64,000 nt of DNA from assembly GCA_001464695.1 (NCBI GenBank), contig LNDQ01000116.1:6884-70883 (forward strand). The letters run 5' to 3'. This DNA is from Betaproteobacteria bacterium Ga0077523. GTDB taxonomy: Bacteria; Pseudomonadota; Gammaproteobacteria; Burkholderiales; Ga0077523. Under the pieces are notes generated by a model. It saw only the letters and a program-made list of their open reading frames with translations, searched no databases and was not told the origin of the DNA. Shown here piece after piece: positions 8,869-17,886 of the stretch. The number at the start of each line of letters is the position of its first letter. Positions within the stretch are counted from its first letter, which is position 1. Made by a program: the position numbers and the translations under genes.

Positions 8869-10347
8869 GTGCAGAAGTACCCGATGTACATCGACGGCCG
8901 ATTCGTGGACTCGGCTTCCGGCCAGTGGTTCGACAGCTTCAACCCCTACACCGGCAAGCCCTGGGCCCAGGTTGCCCAAGGCAACGCGGAAGACGCCGAT
9001 CGCGCCGTCAAGGCCGCCCACAAGGCCTTCACTACCGGCCCGTGGCCGCAACTCACGGCCAGCCAGCGCGGCATGCTGCTGCATCGTCTGGGCGATCTGG
9101 TCGCGCGCGATGCCAACAAGCTGGGCGAACTCGAAACCAGAGACAACGGCAAGCTGATCGCCGAGATGCAGGGGCAGTTGAACTACGTGCCGCAGTGGTA
9201 CTACTACTTCGGCGGTCTCGCCGACAAGATCCAGGGTTCGGTCATCCCGCTCGACAAGAAGGGCTACTTCAACTTCACCCGCCACGAGCCGCTGGGCGTG
9301 GTGGTCGCGATCACCGCGTGGAATTCGCCGCTGCTGCTGCTCGCATGGAAACTCGCCCCTGCACTGGCCGCCGGTTGCACCGTCGTCATCAAGCCGTCGG
9401 AATTCACCTCGGTCTCCGCACTCGAATTCGTGAAGCTGGTGGAAGAGGCCGGATTTCCGCCGGGTGTGGTCAACGTGGTCACTGGCTTCGGCAAGGACGT
9501 CGGTCCTGCACTCACCGGGCATCCGCTCGTCGCCAAGATCGCGTTCACCGGTTCCGATGCGACCGGGCGCGCCATCAACGAAACGGCGGCCAAGAGCTTC
9601 AAGCGCGTCACGCTGGAACTGGGCGGCAAGTCGCCCAACATCGTGTTCGACGATGCGAAGATCGATGATGCCGTCAACGGTGCGGTCTCCGGCATCTTCG
9701 CGGCTACCGGGCAGACGTGCATCGCGGGCTCGCGGCTGCTGCTGCAGGAAAGCATTCACGACGTCTTCCTCGAGAAGCTGCTGGCGCTCGCGAAGACGGC
9801 GCGCATGGGAGATCCGCTCAGCAAGGAAACCCAGGTCGGGCCCATCACCAACATGCCGCAGTACGAGAAGGTGCTGGGCTACATCGACATCGCCAAGAAG
9901 GAAGGCGCACAGCTCATGATGGGCGGCGGACCGGCGACCCGGCCCGAATGCGGGACCGGCTGGTTCGTGGAGCCCACCGTCTTCAGCGGCGTGAACAACA
10001 AGATGCGCATCGCGCAGGAAGAGGTCTTCGGTCCTGTGTTGTCCGTCATCAAGTTCAAGGACGAGGAAGAGGCCGTGGCGATCGCCAACGACATTCGCTT
10101 CGGTCTCGGCGCGGGCGTGTGGACCAGCGACATCGGTCGCGCGTTCCGGATGTCGGAGCGCATCCAGGCCGGCACGGTCTGGGTCAACACCTACCGTGCG
10201 GTGAGCTACATGTCACCCTTCGGCGGCTACAAGGATTCGGGCATCGGTCGCGAGAGCGGCATTGACGCCATCCACCAGTACCTGCAGGTGAAGAGCGTGT
10301 GGATCAACACCGGCGCGGCGACGGGGAATCCGTTCGTGCTCCGATAA
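8869..10347 (+). CDS. NAD(P)-dependent aldehyde dehydrogenase
   Basis: ELGGKSP and catalytic Cys context GQTCIAGSR. 492 aa. GTG start 8 nt after an AAGGAGG Shine-Dalgarno. Confidence 0.9.
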   Translation: MQKYPMYIDGRFVDSASGQWFDSFNPYTGKPWAQVAQGNAEDADRAVKAAHKAFTTGPWPQLTASQRGMLLHRLGDLVARDANKLGELETRDNGKLIAEMQGQLNYVPQWYYYFGGLADKIQGSVIPLDKKGYFNFTRHEPLGVVVAITAWNSPLLLLAWKLAPALAAGCTVVIKPSEFTSVSALEFVKLVEEAGFPPGVVNVVTGFGKDVGPALTGHPLVAKIAFTGSDATGRAINETAAKSFKRVTLELGGKSPNIVFDDAKIDDAVNGAVSGIFAATGQTCIAGSRLLLQESIHDVFLEKLLALAKTARMGDPLSKETQVGPITNMPQYEKVLGYIDIAKKEGAQLMMGGGPATRPECGTGWFVEPTVFSGVNNKMRIAQEEVFGPVLSVIKFKDEEEAVAIANDIRFGLGAGVWTSDIGRAFRMSERIQAGTVWVNTYRAVSYMSPFGGYKDSGIGRESGIDAIHQYLQVKSVWINTGAATGNPFVLR

Positions 10348-10387
10348 TTGCCGGCGCCACTACAACGAAGATGAGCGGGGAGAGAGC

Positions 10388-11440
10388 ATGAAAGGCGTCG
10401 TGTTTGCCGGCGATCGCAAGATCGAGTTCCACGAGTTTCCCGATCCTACACCCGGTCCGGGCGAGGTCGTGCTGGAGATCAAGGCTTCCGGGATGTGCGG
10501 GAGCGATCTCAAGTTCTATCGCGCGGTCGGTGGCGCGGCGTCGCTCGGGTTCAAGACGGCGGGCGGTCCGGTGATCGGGGGCCACGAGCCTTGCGGTGTG
10601 GTCGTTGCCGTCGGGCCAGGGGTCGGCGAGAAGCAGGCGTGGGTCGGCATGCGCGCCATGCAGCATCACTATCGCGGTTGCGGCGTGTGTCCCCATTGTT
10701 CCACCGGATGGATGCAACTCTGCGTGGAAGGCGTGGCCGAGGTCTACGGCATCACCGGCAATGGTGGCCATGCGCGCTACATGAAGTGCCCCGCGCGTAC
10801 GCTGGTGCGGCTACCCGATGAGCTGTCGTTCGAAACGGGCGCTGCCATTGCGTGCGGAACGGGAACGGCTTGGGGGGCGTTGCAGCGCCTCGGCCTGCAG
10901 GGGGATCACACCATCGCGATCTTCGGCCAGGGTCCGGTCGGTCTTTCCGCGACCCAGCTCGCGGCGCACATGGGAGCGCGGGTGATTGCACTGGATACTT
11001 CCGATGAACGCCTCGCACGGGCGAAGGAATTGGGCGCCGATGTGCTCCTCAATCCGAAGGCCGCCGGCAACGTGGTACAGGCCATCCGCGATCTTACGCA
11101 CGGGCGCGGAGCCCATCTTTCGCTCGACGCGTCATCTTCGCCCGAGGCGCGGGCGCAGGCGGTGCGTTGTGTGCGCACGTGGGGCACAGCGTGTTTCGTC
11201 GGCGAGGGCGACACCGTAACTCTCGATGTGAGCAACGACATGTTGCGGCGTCAGGTCACCATCATCGCCTCGTGGACCTTCTCGACGGTCGGGCAGGCCG
11301 AGTGTGCGCAGTACGTCGCGGACCGCGGTGTCGATGTGGACCGGCTGTTCACGCATCGGTGGCGGCTCGATCAGGCGGAGGAGGCGTATCGGTTGTTCGA
11401 TACGCAGACGGCGGGGAAGGGTGTGATCTTGCCGTCTTAG
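10388..11440 (+). CDS. Zinc-dependent alcohol dehydrogenase family protein
   Basis: GMCGSDL.., GHEPCGVV zinc ligands, structural zinc cluster CGVCPHCSTGWMQLC, and a GxGxxG-like Rossmann motif FGQGPVG. Confidence 0.9.
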   Translation: MKGVVFAGDRKIEFHEFPDPTPGPGEVVLEIKASGMCGSDLKFYRAVGGAASLGFKTAGGPVIGGHEPCGVVVAVGPGVGEKQAWVGMRAMQHHYRGCGVCPHCSTGWMQLCVEGVAEVYGITGNGGHARYMKCPARTLVRLPDELSFETGAAIACGTGTAWGALQRLGLQGDHTIAIFGQGPVGLSATQLAAHMGARVIALDTSDERLARAKELGADVLLNPKAAGNVVQAIRDLTHGRGAHLSLDASSSPEARAQAVRCVRTWGTACFVGEGDTVTLDVSNDMLRRQVTIIASWTFSTVGQAECAQYVADRGVDVDRLFTHRWRLDQAEEAYRLFDTQTAGKGVILPS

Positions 11441-11490
11441 GCATGAACCGCCTGAATGGCGTCGGTTGTGGCGGCTGCGTGCATCGTTGC

Positions 11491-11770
11491 CCCCATCCCA
11501 ACCTTCCCCCACCAGAGGTGGGGGAAGGAGTGCAGTGCTTCCTGCTTGGGCTTCGATGGGGAAGGAGTGCAGTGCTTCCTGCTTGGGCTTCGATGGGGAA
11601 GGAGTGCAGTGCTTCCTGCTTGGGCTTCGATGGGGGAGGAGTGCAGTGCTTCCTGCTTCGGCTTCGCTGGGGGAGGAGTGTAGCGATTCCTTCCCCGGCA
11701 AAGCCGGGGAAGGGGTGTACATCCCCTCCCCCGGCTTTGCCGGGGGAGGGTCAGGGTGGGGGCCCGCTGT
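11491..11770. repeat. Family B hairpin elements flanking a 37-bp tandem repeat (about 4.5 copies, 11521-11690)
   Basis: ccccatcccaaccttccccc-accagaggt-gggggaagg comes first. The unit ggggaaggagtgcagtgcttcctgcttgggcttcgat then starts at 11521, 11558, 11595 and 11632, with a degenerate fifth copy. Hairpins ccttccccggcaaagccggggaagg and cccctcccccggctttgccgggggaggg follow. Confidence 0.9.
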
Positions 11771-11898
11771 TCGCCATGGAACAAGCAGCCCATGATCCCT
11801 ACTCCGCCACCGCCACCGCCACCCTTCAGCTTCTTGCGATCAAGCCGTTGATTGCCGCCAGGATCCCTGGAAGAACCACCCCGTAGAATCCCACCGTC

Positions 11899-14661
11899 AT
11901 GTGGATCATCGGTCTCATCCTTGGTGCCATCGTCGGCGGTGCAATGGCCGGCGGTGAAGGTGCGGTGCTCGGTGCCGTCGCCGGCGCGGCGCTCGTCATT
12001 GCGCTCCGTCGCAAACCGGTCACCGATCCGAAACTGGAGGCGCGCCTGCAGACGCTCGAAGGCCGGGTCGCACGGCTCGCCCATGCGCTCGACGCGCTCA
12101 TGGCGCAGCCGCGAAGCGCGACCGCCGCGGCGGAGAACGTCATCGCGGATTCGACCGCGCCCGCTGCGACACCCGCCACTGCAGCAGCGCTGACACCCGC
12201 CGAACAGTTCGTGCGCGATGCCATGGGCGAGTCCACGGCTGCCCCTGCGCCGGCGGAAGCGACGGGAGGTGAACCACCCACCGAAGCCCCCGCGGCGCCG
12301 CCCTACGTCACTCCGACGCCCGCCCAGGACGAATTCGATCGCCTGGCCGCCCGCGCCTGGGCGTGGCTCACCGGCGGCAACACGGTGGTGCGCGTCGGCG
12401 TGGTCGTGTTGTTCTTCGGTGTCGCGTTCCTCCTCAAGTTTGCCTACGACCTCGGGTTGATGCCGCCGGAGTTGCGCGTGGCCGGTGTAGCCCTCGGCGG
12501 CATCGTGCTGGCGGCGATCGGTTGGCGCCTGCGCGGCAAGCGCGAAACCTACGCCTTGACGTTGCAGGGAGCGGGCGTGGGTGTGCTGTACCTGTCGATC
12601 TTCGCAGCGCTGCGGTTGTACGACATGATCCCCGCGCCGCTCGCGTTCACGCTGCTGGTGGTGCTGTCCGCAGCATCGACGGCACTGGCATTGCTCCAGA
12701 ACTCGCAGGCGCTGGCGGTCCTGGCGGTAAGCGGCGGCTTTCTCGCCCCGATCCTCACTTCCACCGGCCGTGGCGACCACGTCAGCCTGTTCTCGTACTA
12801 CGCGGTCATCAACGCGGGCATCCTCTGGCTCGCCGCAAAGAAGGCATGGCGGCCGCTCAACCTGACCGGGTTCTTTTTCACCTTCGGCGTGGCCGCGTTG
12901 TGGGGCGCGAAGTACTTCCGCCCCGAACTGTGGTCGTCGACGCAGCCGTTCCTCGCGCTGTTCTTCCTCATGTATCTCGCGATCCCGACGTTGTTCGCGC
13001 GCGCGGCGAGCACGAAGACCGAGAAGTATCTCGACGGCACGCTGGTGTTCGGACTGCCGGTGGTCGCCACGGGGTTGCAGTCGCAGCTCGTCGCGACCTT
13101 CGAGTACGGCAGCGCCATCAGCGCGCTGGTGGTGAGCGCGATCTATCTGCTGGCTGCGCGGTTCGTGCGTGCTCGCCATGGGGCATCGCTGGCGCTGCTC
13201 ACGCAGACGTTCGCGTCGTTGTGCGTGGTCTTCGCCACCCTCGCCATTCCGATGGCGCTCGATGCGCGCTGGACATCGGCGGCCTGGGCGCTCGAAGGCG
13301 CCGCCATCGCCTGGGTCGGCATCCGCCAGGGACGCTGGCTCGCGCGCATGGCGGGTTGCTTGCTGCAGATTGCCGCGGCGATCGCGTTTGTCCTGGGCGT
13401 GCAGGCGACCGACGACGATCTCGCGGTGTTCAATCGCACCGGCATGGGCTTCGCGTTCCTGGCGTTCGCCGCCTTGTTCACCGCGCTGCAGTTCGAACGG
13501 CATCGCGAGACGCTCAAGTCCTGGGAAGCTGCGATCGGCCACGTCGCGCTGGTGATCGGATTGCTCTGGTGGTACGGCGGCGGTCTGCACGAGATCGAGA
13601 CCCATGCCACCAGCGAATGGGAGCCGCAGTTGACCCTGGCGTTCATCGTGGTGTCGTCGCTTGCGTTCGAACTCATCGGCACCCGGTTGGACTGGAGGGG
13701 AGCCGGTATCCCGGCACTTGCGGTGGTGCCGCTCGCATTCTTCGCGGCCACGTGGCAGGTCATGGAGTACACCCATCCCTTCCATCGATTGGGGTACCTC
13801 GTGTGGCCGGCGGCATTCGCCGTGCACCTGTGGGTGCTGCGCCGGCGCGACGCTGGCAGCGCGCGCGGCTTCGACTGGCTGCACGGCGCGGGTCTGTGGT
13901 TGCTGGCGATCGTCGCGGCGTGGGAGGCGACCTGGGTTGCGCGCAAGGTAGCCGACCCTGCATCCGATTGGGCGCTGGCGGCGTGGATGGCGGCGCCCGC
14001 AGCGATCATCGCCTGGCTTGCCACCCGTGGCCTCAGCGTGTCCTGGCCGATCGGCGCACGCCTGCGGGGCTACCTGGTGATCGGTGCGCTGCCGGTCGTG
14101 CTGGGGTTGCTCTTCTGGTTGATCGTCGCATCGTTCTTCGGAGAAGGCGGGGCCGCCCCGTTGCCGTACGTGCCGATTCTCAATCCGCTCGATCTCGGTA
14201 TCGTCGCTGCGTTGTTCGCCGGCATGCTCTGGCTGCGCACGCTGTCGGTACTGGATCTCGACTCCTGGATCGCGCCCCATGCCTGGCTGCGCTACGGCAT
14301 TCCCGGTGTCGCCGGATTCATCGCGGCCAACGGCATGCTGATCCGCGCGCTGCATCAGTACGCAGGTGTACCGATTTACTTCGACGCCGTCGTGCATTCG
14401 ATGCTCGTGCAGGCGGCGCTGTCGTTGTTCTGGACCGTCCTGGCACTGGTCCTCATGGTTCTCGCCAACCGCCTCGAGCGCCGTCTGCTGTGGTTCATCG
14501 GTGCCGGGCTGCTCGGCCTCACGGTGTTGAAGCTGTTCGTCGTCGACCTTTCGAATGTGGGTGGCGGCGAGCGCATCGTGTCGTTCGTGGGTGTGGGCGT
14601 GCTCATGCTAGTGGTGGGCTACTTCGCACCCGTACCGCCGCGCAAGGTGCCGGCGGCATGA
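11899..14661 (+). CDS. DUF2339-like large polytopic membrane protein
   Basis: 920 aa. N-terminal TM, a coiled-coil-like segment (PKLEARLQTLEGRVARLAHALDAL), an Ala/Pro-rich linker, then more than 20 predicted TM helices. Family assignment is from memory of the architecture, not a search. Confidence 0.7.
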   Translation: MWIIGLILGAIVGGAMAGGEGAVLGAVAGAALVIALRRKPVTDPKLEARLQTLEGRVARLAHALDALMAQPRSATAAAENVIADSTAPAATPATAAALTPAEQFVRDAMGESTAAPAPAEATGGEPPTEAPAAPPYVTPTPAQDEFDRLAARAWAWLTGGNTVVRVGVVVLFFGVAFLLKFAYDLGLMPPELRVAGVALGGIVLAAIGWRLRGKRETYALTLQGAGVGVLYLSIFAALRLYDMIPAPLAFTLLVVLSAASTALALLQNSQALAVLAVSGGFLAPILTSTGRGDHVSLFSYYAVINAGILWLAAKKAWRPLNLTGFFFTFGVAALWGAKYFRPELWSSTQPFLALFFLMYLAIPTLFARAASTKTEKYLDGTLVFGLPVVATGLQSQLVATFEYGSAISALVVSAIYLLAARFVRARHGASLALLTQTFASLCVVFATLAIPMALDARWTSAAWALEGAAIAWVGIRQGRWLARMAGCLLQIAAAIAFVLGVQATDDDLAVFNRTGMGFAFLAFAALFTALQFERHRETLKSWEAAIGHVALVIGLLWWYGGGLHEIETHATSEWEPQLTLAFIVVSSLAFELIGTRLDWRGAGIPALAVVPLAFFAATWQVMEYTHPFHRLGYLVWPAAFAVHLWVLRRRDAGSARGFDWLHGAGLWLLAIVAAWEATWVARKVADPASDWALAAWMAAPAAIIAWLATRGLSVSWPIGARLRGYLVIGALPVVLGLLFWLIVASFFGEGGAAPLPYVPILNPLDLGIVAALFAGMLWLRTLSVLDLDSWIAPHAWLRYGIPGVAGFIAANGMLIRALHQYAGVPIYFDAVVHSMLVQAALSLFWTVLALVLMVLANRLERRLLWFIGAGLLGLTVLKLFVVDLSNVGGGERIVSFVGVGVLMLVVGYFAPVPPRKVPAA

Positions 14662-15992
14662 GAGCGGCGGTTCTGTGGGTCGGCTTGCTGGTCGTGCCGC
14701 TCGCCGGTGCCGGCGAGCGCATCGGCGACTACGGCTACGCAGCGCCGATCGAGTTCACGTCGGGCGATGCCCTGTACTCGCTGCGATTGCCCGAAGCGGT
14801 CTATCGGCACGCCGTGCGTGCGGACCTCGGCGATCTGCGTGTGTTCAACGGCAGTGGCGAGGCGATCCCCTATGCGTTGCGCCAACCTGCTGCGGTGACC
14901 GGGCAGGCCGAGGCGGGGATCAAGCTGCCGCACTTTCCGGTTCGAAGCGCCGCCGGAAACGCCACCGCTGAAGATCTGAGGGTGGAGGTTCGCCGCGACG
15001 GCGCCGTGGTCAGTGTCCGCGCTGGCAAGGGTGCTGCCGCCAGTGCTGTGACCACCTGGCTCGTCGACGCCAGCGGGTTCGAGCACCCGATCGAGGCGCT
15101 CGAACTTGCCTTGAGCGGCGATGGCGACGTGGTGGCCCGGATCGACGTGGACGCGAGCGAAGACCTCAAGCGCTGGACCCGTGTCGTGGCCGATGCCCCG
15201 GTCGTGCGCACCCGATTCGGCGGTGAGCGTCTCGAACAACAGCGTGTGCCGTTGAACGGTGCGCGCACGAAGTACCTGCGCCTTGCCGATGCGCGCGGGG
15301 CCTTCACCTTCAGTCTGGCAGGCGTCCGCGCGGTGCAGGCTGCGCAGAGCATGGCGCCCGCGCTCGAGACACTGTCGCTGGGCCCAGGGGTCGCCAGCGC
15401 CAACGATCGTGCCTGGACGTACGACACCGGCGGTCGCTTTCCCGTCGTGCGGGTGGCACTCGCGTTGCCGGAAGAGAACACGGTCCTGCCGTTCGCGCTG
15501 GAATCGCGCGCAGATCCCGACCGGTTATGGCACGGTCTCGCCCTGGGCGTGGCGTACCGGCTCACGCAGGATGGCGTCGCGGTGTCGAGCGCGCCGGTGC
15601 GGGTCTCGACGACCGAGCGCCACCTGCGCGTGCGTCTCACGGCCGGCGCCGGTCCGCTGCCGGTGGCCGCGCCGTCGCTGGTCGCGCATTGGCAGCCGGC
15701 GGAGTTGGTGTTCGCCGCTCGCGGCTCGCCGCCGTTCACGTTGGCCTACGGACGCGCGAACGTGGAGCCGATGCGCATTGCCATCGAGTCGATCGTCCCC
15801 GGCTACGGGACCAAGGCCGCCATGGTGCCGAAGCCCGCGACCGCCGGCGCGGAACGGATCCTCGCCGGTGACGCCGCCGCGAAGCTGGCGCCGGACTATC
15901 GCCGGTATTCGCTGTGGGCCGTTCTCGGTCTCGGCGTGCTGGTGCTGGCAGGCATGGGGATCAAACTGGCCCGCGAATCGGTCGCGCGCTGA
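14658..15992 (+). CDS. DUF3999-like protein (signal peptide, C-terminal TM anchor)
   Basis: ATG 14658 overlaps the upstream TGA (ATGA). Signal peptide MRAAVLWVGLLVVPLAGAG and C-terminal anchor YSLWAVLGLGVLVLAGMGIKLAR. 444 aa, the length I recall for DUF3999, and I recall it pairing with DUF2339. Confidence 0.65.
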   Translation: MRAAVLWVGLLVVPLAGAGERIGDYGYAAPIEFTSGDALYSLRLPEAVYRHAVRADLGDLRVFNGSGEAIPYALRQPAAVTGQAEAGIKLPHFPVRSAAGNATAEDLRVEVRRDGAVVSVRAGKGAAASAVTTWLVDASGFEHPIEALELALSGDGDVVARIDVDASEDLKRWTRVVADAPVVRTRFGGERLEQQRVPLNGARTKYLRLADARGAFTFSLAGVRAVQAAQSMAPALETLSLGPGVASANDRAWTYDTGGRFPVVRVALALPEENTVLPFALESRADPDRLWHGLALGVAYRLTQDGVAVSSAPVRVSTTERHLRVRLTAGAGPLPVAAPSLVAHWQPAELVFAARGSPPFTLAYGRANVEPMRIAIESIVPGYGTKAAMVPKPATAGAERILAGDAAAKLAPDYRRYSLWAVLGLGVLVLAGMGIKLARESVAR

Positions 15993-16609
15993 CGCCAGCG
16001 CGCAGCCAGCAACACACAACATCCCAGCGCGACGAGCCACGCCGTGGTCGGCTCGGGTATCGCGGCGCTCACCACGACCAGATTGTCGAACTGATGGAAC
16101 TGCGGCAACTGCTCCCAACGCACCGACACGAGATCGACGAAGGCGCCCTGGAATGAATACGTCGTGGGCGCCAGCGTGGCCGGCAGCGTGAACGACGTGG
16201 TGACCGAGCCACCGTCGGACCGGGTGCCGGTGAAGATGACCGGTGTGTCGCTCCCGCTGTCGGGGAAGAGCTGCCCGAGATCGATGGACTCGAGCGCGAA
16301 GGTCGCCCCGTCTTCCCGGGAGAGCGTGGTCGTCGCGCCATCGGCCAGGCCGTAGACGAACGTGTTGAAGAGGGCGGTGGAGCCGTTGTAGGCGATGTTG
16401 GCTGTTTGCCAGATGCCGAAGGCCTGGTCGGCGAAGATGGGGTCGGCGTTGCTGGAGATCACGTAGCCGTCAGCGGCATACCCGTTGCCGATATAGGCCG
16501 AACCGTCGCCGGCTTGTGCGATTTCCTCGAAGTCGATGGTGATCGACTGGGCTTGCGTGTTGCCGATCGCAGACAGCGCGATCGCTGAGAGCAGCAAACC
16601 GATCTTCAC
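15896..16609 (-). CDS. PEP-CTERM sorting-domain protein
   Basis: Signal peptide VKIGLLLSAIALSAIGNTQA from GTG 16609. C-terminal ..AAIPEPTTAWLVALGCCVLLAARWRQR, then an unusual ~28-aa tail. The 3' end overlaps the convergent DUF3999 gene by 97 bp. Confidence 0.7.
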   Translation of the reverse strand: MKIGLLLSAIALSAIGNTQAQSITIDFEEIAQAGDGSAYIGNGYAADGYVISSNADPIFADQAFGIWQTANIAYNGSTALFNTFVYGLADGATTTLSREDGATFALESIDLGQLFPDSGSDTPVIFTGTRSDGGSVTTSFTLPATLAPTTYSFQGAFVDLVSVRWEQLPQFHQFDNLVVVSAAIPEPTTAWLVALGCCVLLAARWRQRATDSRASLIPMPASTSTPRPRTAHSEYRR

Positions 16610-16646
16610 TGAGGGCACGGATACTCCTGGGATCAATGGATGGTCG

Positions 16647-17879
16647 CTACAGTAAGACCGGAATGTGCGGATAGGTTCCCCCAAGCACAGACTTCGAATC
16701 GATGCCGAGCCAGCGATCCAGCACGGTTGCGTACAGATTGCGAAAGTCCACCGCCATCGGCAGGTTGCCGTCCTCGATCAGGTCGGCCGGGGCGAGGCTC
16801 GGGGGATTGCCGATGATCCCGGCACGCACGCCGTTGCCGATCAGGAGCATCGCCTGCGCCGAGCCGTGATCGGTGCCGTTCTGCGCGTTCGGTTCCACCC
16901 GCCGAGCGAACTCGCTCCAGAGGAGGATCAGCACCCGATTCGAGAGTCCATTCGCATCGAGATCGTCGCTGAAGGCCTTCACGCCGGCCGAGAGTTCCGA
17001 GAGCGAGGCCTGCTGCTGCTGGAGTTGGTTCTCGTGGGTGTCGTAGCTGCCCTGTTCCATCGCAACGATGCGCACCGCATCGTCTTCGCGCAGGAGTTGT
17101 GCGGCGAACTTGAGACCGCGCGCGAAGTGGTTGTCGGGATAGACCACCGGCGTGGTACGGGTCCCCGCGGCCGCGACCGTGTCGTAGGCCTGGATCGCCG
17201 CGCGCCCGTTGCGCAGGAAGGCGTCGTAGAACAGGTTGGTCGTGGTGGCCGGTTGCAGCAGAATGCGTTTCAACGCTTCCTGTTGCGCCGTACCGCGGCT
17301 CGGCAGCCGAAACCACTCCGCATTCGGCGGCAGCAGCGGTGCCGTGAAGTTGCGCGCGATCAGGCTCGGTGAGCCGCCCCAGCCGATGCTCGTGCCGGTC
17401 AGCGGATCGAGCGGTGCTGTCGCACTCGACGGTACGGTGTCGAGCGCGCGCCCGAGCCAGCCGTTCAACGTCGACCGCCTCGGATCCGCGGTCCAGTAGA
17501 TCTCCATCGCCTGGAAGTGCGAGAAATCGAAGTTCGGGTAGCCGACGCCGTGCACGATCGCCACCTTCTGCCGATCCCACAGGGCCTTGATGCCGGTGAG
17601 TGCCGGGTGCAATGCGCGCCGATCGTCCAGCCGCAGCACCTGGTTGCGGTCGAGCGCGATCGGTCCGCGCACCGTGTAGTAGCGCGGATCGGCCCAGGGC
17701 ACCACGGTGTTGAGGGTGTCGTTGCCCCCGTTAAGATGAATGGCGATCAGCGTGCGCGGTGCGGACTGCGCGTGCGCACTGCGCAGCACCTGCACGCCCG
17801 GCATGGCGTGCAACGCGGCTGCGGCGGCACCGGCCTGGAGGAAGCGCCGGCGGGACGGGTGGTCGGGTTTCATCGGCAT
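16647..17879 (-). CDS. DUF1501 domain protein (Tat-exported, sulfatase-like fold)
   Basis: Tat motif SRRRFLQAGAAAAAL from ATG 17879. Motifs HLNGGNDTLNTVVP, YDTHENQ and TDHGSAQAMLLIG are typical of DUF1501. Confidence 0.8.
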   Translation of the reverse strand: MPMKPDHPSRRRFLQAGAAAAALHAMPGVQVLRSAHAQSAPRTLIAIHLNGGNDTLNTVVPWADPRYYTVRGPIALDRNQVLRLDDRRALHPALTGIKALWDRQKVAIVHGVGYPNFDFSHFQAMEIYWTADPRRSTLNGWLGRALDTVPSSATAPLDPLTGTSIGWGGSPSLIARNFTAPLLPPNAEWFRLPSRGTAQQEALKRILLQPATTTNLFYDAFLRNGRAAIQAYDTVAAAGTRTTPVVYPDNHFARGLKFAAQLLREDDAVRIVAMEQGSYDTHENQLQQQQASLSELSAGVKAFSDDLDANGLSNRVLILLWSEFARRVEPNAQNGTDHGSAQAMLLIGNGVRAGIIGNPPSLAPADLIEDGNLPMAVDFRNLYATVLDRWLGIDSKSVLGGTYPHIPVLL

Positions 17880-17886
17880 CTTTCCT

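Noticed and set aside
11437-14397. 986-aa ORF on the minus strand opposite the DUF2339 gene. Similar long antisense or alternative-frame ORFs include 23008..25341(-), 48785..51127(-), 17740..19434(+), 36437..37660(+), 3197..4306(-), 25313..26560(-) and 29346..30635(-).
   Set aside because: Their translations are Arg/Gly/Pro/His-rich low-complexity strings with no motifs. They lie opposite genes with clear family signatures. High G+C suppresses stop codons in non-coding frames.
12363-15992. Single 1209-aa ORF spanning the DUF2339 and DUF3999 loci.
   Set aside because: Only the part from ATG 14658 (signal peptide MRAAVLWVGLL..) looks like protein. The upstream 765 codons are an Arg/Pro-rich alternative frame of the DUF2339 gene.
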